Source: Eukaryota sp. GEM-RC1 (taxonomy: Eukaryota). From it: a stretch of DNA of 64,000 nucleotides. This document shows, one piece after another, positions 56,321-64,000 of this stretch. The DNA lies in the NCBI GenBank assembly GCA_040285855.1, contig JAUFOQ010000005.1, positions 1,984,001 through 2,048,000 on the forward strand, in the 5' to 3' direction. Numbering within the stretch: position 1 is the stretch's first letter; each line of letters opens with the position of its first letter. The notes under the pieces are model-generated. The model had not been told where the DNA came from. It saw nothing but the letters and a program-made list of their open reading frames with translations, and ran no database searches. The position numbers and the translations under genes were made by a program.

Positions 56321-59257
56321 CAGTCAACTCTTTATCAATGCACACGTTTGGGGGTGCACTTATAGAGTGTACGAGTTTCTTGAGAGGAAACGTCATCGTT
56401 TTCATCTTCATCACAAGCCATAAGTCCCCATCTTACTTTCATTGCATCAGCTCTTCCTCCTCTTTCTCTTTCAAGTCCGGGGTAACAGTAGTCTAATGCA
56501 GACAAGCCGTCATCAAGGTTGAGCTTTTGGACGTTACTATCTAGTTCTTCAATTTCACCATCTACTTGGAACATGCTATCGTCACCATGGGATTTTTGGA
56601 TTCAAAAACTCCAAATATCCACAGGTTCCCAACAGTTCTTTATGGTGGCTTCGGACACATTTGACCATGCTTCTGCAGACCAATTCATTGCATGTAGAAC
56701 GTTGACTTTCTCAGCAGCATTGTGGCTATTTTCGTAGTTATTGGCCTCAACTTCGTTGATTACATCAGTCAATAACAAATTACGGTACTTCGCTTTAAAG
56801 CTCCGAATAAACCAGCATCTAACGTTTGCAAAGCAGTGGTAGTGGTTGGAGACAAATAAATAACTTTTAAGAAATGCAACTCCATAGAACCTAAGGAATG
56901 AGAAAAAGCATTGTCACAAAACAACACACCTTGTTTACCATAAAGTTGACAATGATTATCGAGCTCAAGACAAATTCCTTGAAAATTAAACGTGATCATC
57001 CATGCACTTTTGTTGTTACGATAGGTAACAGGCAAATCCTCCCGATTAACGTTCTTTAAACGGTGGGGATTTTCATAACGACCAACAATGTACAATGATA
57101 ACTTAAGTGTACCAGTGATATTACAACACAATACCAATGTCAACCGGTCCTTGGCTGTCTTATGACCTTCAATTTTCTTGTTGACATTAGTACGGCTTGG
57201 CTGCATTCACTAGTACAATCCAGTTTCATCAAGATTGAATACAAATTAAACATCAAATTCTTCTAATATATCGTTAATGTTCTGTAAAAAGCCTGACACT
57301 GTCAGTTTGTCACGTGAAGCAGCTTCACCGCTCAGTCGCAGAGAGTGAATGTTGTATCGATTTTTGAATTTGTATAACCAACCCCCATCCAACACAATTT
57401 CGTTGTCAGAAATTTGAAAAACTGTTCTAAAGGTCTTTGCTTTGGTCGTTATGACTTCTTCAGTCATCACAATCTTGTCCTGGTAGGCCAAGAACCATTC
57501 ATAGACGGCAGCACGCTGGAAATTTGATGGGTTTAATCAGCTTTGCATTACCGTTCAGAGACATGTGAGTCGCATCATGAAGAATTTCGGACTTGGATAA
57601 GATTCTCCCGACAGTTTTTCGATGGATCTTCAGGCCATAGGTGTTAAGAACCCACTGTATTAGCATTTGGGTGGTTCGTGTGGGCATTTGAGAGGCCTGA
57701 TATTAAATACAACGTATCTGGTGATAGGTCAAGGTGGTTTTTTTGGACATTAGGAAGAAGTGAGGATCAGGGAAAATTGCCACTGCTACTCCTCAAATAT
57801 CATGTGGATTACAGACATGACTCAAAAAAGTAGTTATAGACATGATTTATTGATTGCATGAAAACCAGGTTAGAGAACGACGATATTATACGGATCCTAC
57901 AGAAGAGTGTCAGGATTACTAGTAGCTGAAAGGTTAATCGCATCAAGTAAGGAGAGATGCGATGATGAGAGAACAAGAGGCAGCAGGAAGATGACGATAT
58001 CGATAATCCACGGGAATCTTCCATGTTTTCAAGCAACTGACAGATAGGAAAGATCATTATGAGTAAGATTCTAGGAGGTCAAGGGAGGACACATGGTGTC
58101 ACGAACTTATGTGCACTAAAAACTCACTTATTTGTAGACATAGGGACTTAATAAGGCCTCAGGCACAGTTATTAGAAACAAACAGTGTAAAATTTTTCGG
58201 GTACGCACTTATGGGGGGGTGGGCAAATGACACAAGTTGCGTCATGCTGCGTCACAAGTTTTTACGGGACGTGACGCAACGCAGGATATTTCCGCGTCAT
58301 TTCTTAGGTTGCGTCACGTCGACGTACGTCGGAACGAGAGTTTTTAAAAATATAAAATACAATACAGTACAATACATTTTCATTTTCTGAATTAGTATAT
58401 ATTAATTTATTGTTGCAAATAAACTCTTATTTAAAAATACAATACGTTGTTTAAGAAATTATTTGAAGTCATGTACTCCAGGTCGATGTCCGTACGTACG
58501 GTACGGTACGAGAAAAAATCGCTCCGATACGAAACATTTGCGCTCCATACTCCAAATGGAGGCAATATCTATCTTATATGAGTACTTTCACAGCCTATTT
58601 GTTTTGTTTATTGAACCCAAAACTCAAAAAACGTAAAACTCCTGGAAGTTTTAACACCGAATCTTTATTTCCGGATGTACAACAACTCTATCATCCATAT
58701 GTTGAACAGATGACAGACTTTTCTTCGTCTTCACCGGATACTTGTGATAGATTTACTGACGATTCGGATGTTGAAGATGTCGAAACTCATGAAGATGAGT
58801 TGTGTGTGTATTTGAAGGATAAACTTGAGCAACGGACTTACTGGAAATAAAATCAGAGTCGATTTCCTGTTCTGGCAGCTGTTGCCAAAGACTTCTTTGC
58901 CGTTCAATGCACTTCTGTCCACAGTGAAAGACTTTTCTCAGAAGCTGGTCTTGTTGTCACAAAGAAACGTAACAGACTTGGTAGTTCATCGATTCAAACA
59001 GTTCTATGTTTTAGTTTTTGGTTGAAGAATAACATTTAGTTTCAGAAATAAACAGTTTTTAAGTTGTCGCTGGCATAGAAAGAACAACAGTAAATGACAG
59101 AAGGATACTCATCACTTCATCACAAATATGGTTGCATAAGAATACACATTGAAAACAGATACACACGTCACGACGTGACGCAACTTGACGAGAAATATGC
59201 CTGCGTTGCGTCACGTTATTTGCCCACACTTAATGTGTGCAGTGCATTTATAGAGAG
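56321..59257 (-). mobile_element. pogo/Tigger-like (Tc1/mariner superfamily) transposon relic; transposase pseudogene at 56335-57750
   Basis: CENP-B-type HTH (GWLYKFKNRY, LSGEAAS) and DDE_1 motifs (FNLDETGLY, KDRLT, NKSAWM, CDNAFSH, LQTLDAG) across broken frames. TA|CAGTCAACTCTTTATCAATGCAC end at 56319; partial inverted match GTGCATTTATAGAGAG at ~59242-59257. Confidence 0.8.
58212..59232 (+). mobile_element. Internally deleted hAT element with the transposase C-terminal dimerisation domain
   Basis: Inverted ends GTGGGCAAAT / ATTTGCCCAC; GCGTCAC subterminal repeats; 58578-59039 translates to ...YWK*NQSRFPVLAAVAKDFFAVQCTSVHSERLFSEAG...RNRL (hATC). TSD not resolved. Confidence 0.85.
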
Positions 59258-59269
59258 ATCAGTCAACCT

Positions 59270-59686
59270 AAAATGTTAGATACATGTTCTGGTTGTTGTT
59301 TTGTATTCGGTTTTGTTCATTTACTTGAGTCATTTAAGTCATTTGTTGATTTCATCTTATCAGAAGGATCATAGTTTAGAAACTTTAGTTAGTGTCTGTT
59401 AGTTATTAACTTCTGCAAATGCATTTATTTCACTGATTGATCATAAACCCAGTTTTTTTCTTATCTTCCTCTTTTTATCTTTGAATTAACAAACCTAGGC
59501 ACGTTTGGAACCACATTTGAAGCTTTTTGATGTTAAGTTTTGCAAATCAGACAACAATTAGAATTGCGGCGTTTTGAATTGTCTCTAAAAATTTCAAATA
59601 TTGTTGAGGAAGTGAGATTTTTCCACATTTCGTTTGTTTCTCTAATAAGAAGAGTACGGACGGTTTAGTCGATATCTACTTCTTTA
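59270..59686 (+). pseudogene. Diverged duplicate fragment of the DH-PH-like gene (43125-43443) carrying a LINE 3'-end insertion
   Basis: Direct nucleotide similarity. Insert 59362-59458 matches the reverse complement of 7564-7657 and is flanked by TCTTATC repeats. Confidence 0.85.
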
Positions 59687-59709
59687 GAACTGAAAACGAT
59701 GTCAAAAAC

Positions 59710-60823
59710 CATCATCTAAATCAGAATAATGCATCACTATACGCAACATCAATAATTTCATTCAACCAACTATAATACATGGCTTGAGGTGAATACTTTA
59801 CTTGAGCTCTGGTACTAACTTTCATCGAGTTTACCAAAGCTCTGACACATTCATATTCAATAAAGTTTCCAATTAGATCAATAATGGTAACTTTTTTTTA
59901 AACTAGACTTTATTTGCGGCAACTAAATTAAACGAGGTCTATGACACAATAAACTAAACGTGGTTTTAGGTTATCTGGCATTCAACTCAACAAAGCCAAT
60001 TTCGACAAAGTACAAGCAAAGAACGATGAATTACTGTACTAAGCGGCCATCTAAAATGCTCCGAGAGCGGTTTAAAGCGACGGCAGGCCTTTCCACACGT
60101 CCTCTGCTGGAACTTCGGGAAACTAGCGATGAGAGAAGGAGCCAGAGAAACCGACCCACAATCAGTATGAGACTGCGAAGAAGGAGACCCAGAATTCAAA
60201 CAAGTTGTATGTAGAAGGTAAGAGTAACCTATATGAAAAATTAACGGTAAAGAGCACAACAACTGCTGATCCAAGAAAATGATCGTAGAGGGAGGTCCGG
60301 GGCCATGAAGCGGAAGAACAAGATTTTTCAATCGTAGTCTAGAGAGGGAAATCAATAATGGTAACTGAAGCATTAACTTTCAAAGCCTCTGCCAAAGCTC
60401 TGACACCTTCATCTTCAATGAAGTTTCCAATTAGATCAATACTGGTAACTGAAACATTAACTTTCAAAGCATCTGCCAAAGCTCGGGCACCTTCAGCTCA
60501 AATATAGTTGAAACCCAGATTAACACTTGTAACTGCAGTATCAGTATTCAGCGCTGCAATCAATAACATAGAAACAGAGGCATTTCGTCTCGCCACTGCT
60601 ACTTCTATCTGCTTGCTTAGGTCGTGAAAATACAACAGAAAAATTGTTTAGAAACTCTAAATCAGAGGGTTCCATTTCTAGGATTGTTAATCCTGTAATT
60701 ATACCAGAATAATTAAGAAATTTCTCAATTTCAAAGGTTGCGTAAACGTCCAAGAAAACAGATAGCAGATCTGTTCCAAAGAAAGAAGCAAGTGAAATTA
60801 GTTTTGGGAAGTCTTTGAGATCA
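59710..60823 (-). pseudogene. LRR family copy 9, 5'-truncated, degraded and interrupted by a retroposed insert
   Basis: KLISLASFFGTDL...IEKFLNYSGIITGL, about 3 LRRs at 59820-60540 and a KYSPQ-type tail. Confidence 0.82.
59893..60350 (-). mobile_element. SINE-like/retroposed insert (~460 bp) with poly(A) tail and 15-16-bp TSD
   Basis: ATCAATAATGGTAACT at 59877-59892 and 60351-60366; T-run at the left end; GC-richer than the flanks. Confidence 0.85.
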
Positions 60824-60879
60824 GACTCCTGCTCCTTGTACACCTTCTTTGCATCAAGTAACGATTTCGGTGTTTCCTG

Positions 60880-61420
60880 TAAGCCCTTTAGCTGAGAAAG
60901 TGCTCAATTCATCAGTTGGTCTCCTAGATGTTTTTTCTTTTACAATCTTCACAAAGATTTCAAATAACGATGTCACAGATTCACCTAAAGAACCGTACAG
61001 TGAAAATACAAAAGAGTACAACAAGTAATTCGAGTGTGAAGCCGAATTCAATAATTTCAATTTAGCACAATATTTTTCTTTTTTAAATCTTTCACCAATC
61101 AACAGAGGGTTATTAGCCTTAGATTTAGCAAGTTTTTGTTGGAACCATTACAAACGTCAATAGACATAACATCAGCAAAAATGAAAGAACCATCGAGACC
61201 AGGAAATATGACATCACCTCGGACGATTTACCAACATCTGAATCACCAACAAATCCAGCAAAAACTGGTTCTAAAAAGGATACAATATATTTGATCTCTT
61301 ACTGAATCATTAACCTTACTTCTGAAAGAAATAAAACGGTTACAATTCAATAGATGTGTAGTTGTTATCAAATGCCCGCATTGGCATTTCAAATTATGTG
61401 GAAGGCTATCAATTAGGAAC
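60880..61420 (-). mobile_element. Degenerate CRE-like non-LTR fragment
   Basis: LPHNLKCQCGHLITTTHLLNCNRF, RGDVIFPG, and SFVFSLYGSLGES on the minus strand. Confidence 0.75.
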
Positions 61421-61510
61421 TCTCTGCACTTGACACGAAACTCTATTCACCAAGTCGTTTCAATTATAGGGAGTTTACTGTATATACATATATCGAAGGA
61501 GCATTTATGT

Positions 61511-62196
61511 TAGGGAGGACTAATAAATTCTTATATTGCAATATTTAAATGTATATTGCAAAAAATATTTATTTTGGACTGTTTCGGAAGTGCAATATTT
61601 ATTGCCTGATATTGCAATATCTAAATAAATATGATTGAAGTCAAACACTTAGAGGTGATCACAATACAAACACATTTGAACTGAAATGCCGTTGTTCAGC
61701 GACATGAAGATGTTAACTATTTATCAATTGTTTTCAACATCACATCGCTGTCAGCAGAAAACAACAAGAAGTCAGGTAAAATAACAAATATCTGGAATTT
61801 ATTTCCATAAATCTTACCATGAAACTGTGACAGCCGCATGACTGTTTGATAAAGCTGAACTAAAGCTAGAAATCCATCGTCGTCCTTTTGTTAAGCCAGA
61901 CAGTCTTCATAAACAACTGTTTGTCCATGAAAACCGTGAGTATTGGGACTTTCCTTTAGTGAATAAATTGTTAGCACAAGAAACGTTAAGAGCGGTGATG
62001 CTGAATTTGTAGACAATGGTGATGATGAGTAAGTTTGTTTCGATCAGTATTTGTGTCTAAATAAATAGCATCACAACTTAGATGCATATTTATTCAAATA
62101 TTACAATATTTATTGCAAAATATGGGGTTTGAATAAATAATTAATTTTATCGAATCAAAATATCTTATTTATTTAAACAATTATTAGTTCTCCCTG
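61511..62196. mobile_element. hAT-like MITE
   Basis: TAGGGAGGACTAATAA versus reverse complement CAGGGAGAACTAATAA (14/16); ATATTGCAATAT subterminal repeats; TSD degenerate. Confidence 0.65.
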
Positions 62197-62210
62197 CTTT
62201 ACTCTAATTA

Positions 62211-62731
62211 ACCTAATACTAGCCCTGCCCTAATACTAGCCAAGGAGGGGTAGGCTCGTAAAGTACGTAATACTAGCCCACCTTGTTTGATAGTTTTTTG
62301 CTGTCTGTACCAGACTACTACACGTAGTGTAGAATAAATTATGAGTATGGGGTTGATTAAGGGCTATAAAGTAATACAGATACTAATGTAGTATTAAGTT
62401 CTCTTGTTTCACAGAAATATATATGTATATCTATATTCGGCACCCAATAAGGTAATCTTCCTACAATCACAGAAATGTTTTTATGGAACGAAAACACTAA
62501 GATAAACCAGTACTATAACTCAATAAGATTAAAGCAACAATCATTGCCATTTAAGCTCACATCAGCTTTTTCTTCATAAAAAAAAACAGTGAGAGCTAAT
62601 AAAGCTCTTGAAATCATGATAGAAATTGTTTTTCATATTGTAAAACCAATACGATTCAACCAAAAGTTGAAATCAAATTTCTTGTCCATTCTTTTTTCAC
62701 CACTGAGGGTTTTTTGGGCCTAGTATTAGGT
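62211..62731. mobile_element. Possible MITE with 12-bp inverted ends enclosing a CRE-like 3' fragment
   Basis: ACCTAATACTAG / CTAGTATTAGGT; TAATACTAGCC occurs three times at the left end. Confidence 0.4.
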
Positions 62732-64000
62732 ACATTTGAGTATGTCAGGAAAATTATGAACTACATGTCTAGTAGAATTATTCTAACTGAAGAAATAAAA
62801 ATACAAAACTGTTCGGATCAAGAACCCAACTTTAGAACCAGACAGGAACCGGGACTAAAGTTGAAACCGAGACTCGGAAAGTCCTATTTGTAGAAAAAAT
62901 ATTTATGAGTAAGTTGAAAACGTCTTGGTTGGATATTGAACATATTTCCCATACGCCTTGCCAGTAACACATGTCATTTGAAAATTTGGTTATGGTATAA
63001 CACTGTAAAAAAACTTCTTATTAAACATTATAGTGAGAGTAGCGTGTTTGATTCTGGGCGTAAAGACCTAAATGTTCTTTTCCTGGATTCATCTTGTTGT
63101 AGTTGATATTACTATTACTGTTGGATCGTTTACAAAAGTCAATGAAGACTGTTGTTGTTTGTAGTTTTATTTATATTTTACATCTTTCTTCCCCTGTATT
63201 TTCTATATTGATGCCTAAAGACAACAGTACTTGTTTTTGAATCACTTAAATCTTCATCTTGAAAAATCCAAACTGCGGAAGTGTTCTAATTATGTAGGGG
63301 CTTTGAGGAAGCTTAATGAATATCTATATAGTTTAAGTTTTCTTCTGTTCCATTTGAATTTTTTGTAATACTGGTCCAGCAGATTGTAAATTTTTCAGCG
63401 ATTTTAGTCTTTGGTTATGTTCTAATGATAAGGTTTTTAAAGGTACTGTATGGATTGATCGAATTATGTTTGCGCTTCAAAGAAGCATTGCCAAGTAGTT
63501 AAGTCCCATTTGTTCGAAGTGATATTGAGAGAATTATCGTATTTATGTGGTTACTTTAATTTCTTTCATGTTCTGAATTAGTGTCTATTGGGGCGGCTCA
63601 TAAATACCGACAAATTCATTTCATAGAAACTGCCGAAAATTGATAACATTGTTTTCATATCCAACCCGCCTATTCTTTAGGAGTCAACCAAAGAAAGCTT
63701 TTAGCAATTAAGATTTTTTTCAGTTATCGTGTTTTTATTGACAACAACACTACAGTGTACATACATCTAAAAATCAATATCCTCAAAGTCCAGATTGCCT
63801 AACTGGATATTTTCACCTACATTATCCTCATAATGTCTGCCAAGAGATAATAAAGCGCTGGATACAGAAGTCACCATACCTTTAAAAATAGCAAACGCAG
63901 TTCGACTTTAAAATCAAAAGTCATATTATGGCCGAATCGGATCGTTTTTACTTTTTTTAAAACAGTTCCCTAATCATCTCCAAAGCTTTAATAGCAGTGA

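Noticed and set aside
1..64000. Naming the source organism
   Set aside because: Features suggest an intron-poor flagellate, possibly a metamonad, but this cannot be established without database searches.

Overview
AT-rich eukaryotic DNA from a flagellated, apparently intron-poor protist (axonemal dynein, tRNA-Thr(AGT) with a Pol III terminator). The window is a repeat-rich locus built around an expanded gene family with at least 9 copies, on both strands. Each copy has a conserved ~190-aa N-terminal domain I do not recognise, 1-17 tandem 28-aa ribonuclease-inhibitor-type LRRs (84-bp units) and usually an acidic tail. Repeat frameworks are near-invariant, two residues per repeat are hypervariable, and copies are mosaics of one another. 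Some copies sit in a ~3.3-kb spacer-plus-gene unit that is segmentally duplicated three times. Mobile elements: a young, complete chromodomain-bearing Ty3/Gypsy element (14163-20963; identical 91-bp LTRs, 4-bp TSD, empty sites in the duplicated units), a degenerate copy and solo LTRs; CRE-like non-LTR fragments; several hAT MITEs with 8-bp TSDs; a pogo/Tigger relic with a nested hAT; and a SINE-like retroposed insert. A single-copy block holds tRNA-Thr, an outer-arm beta-type dynein heavy chain that ends inside AAA2 with a heptad-patterned tail (possible split dynein), an RRM-like tail-anchored protein and a DH-PH-like protein; a BTB-SPRY gene lies further right. Many frameshifts fall in short homopolymers and are probably assembly errors.
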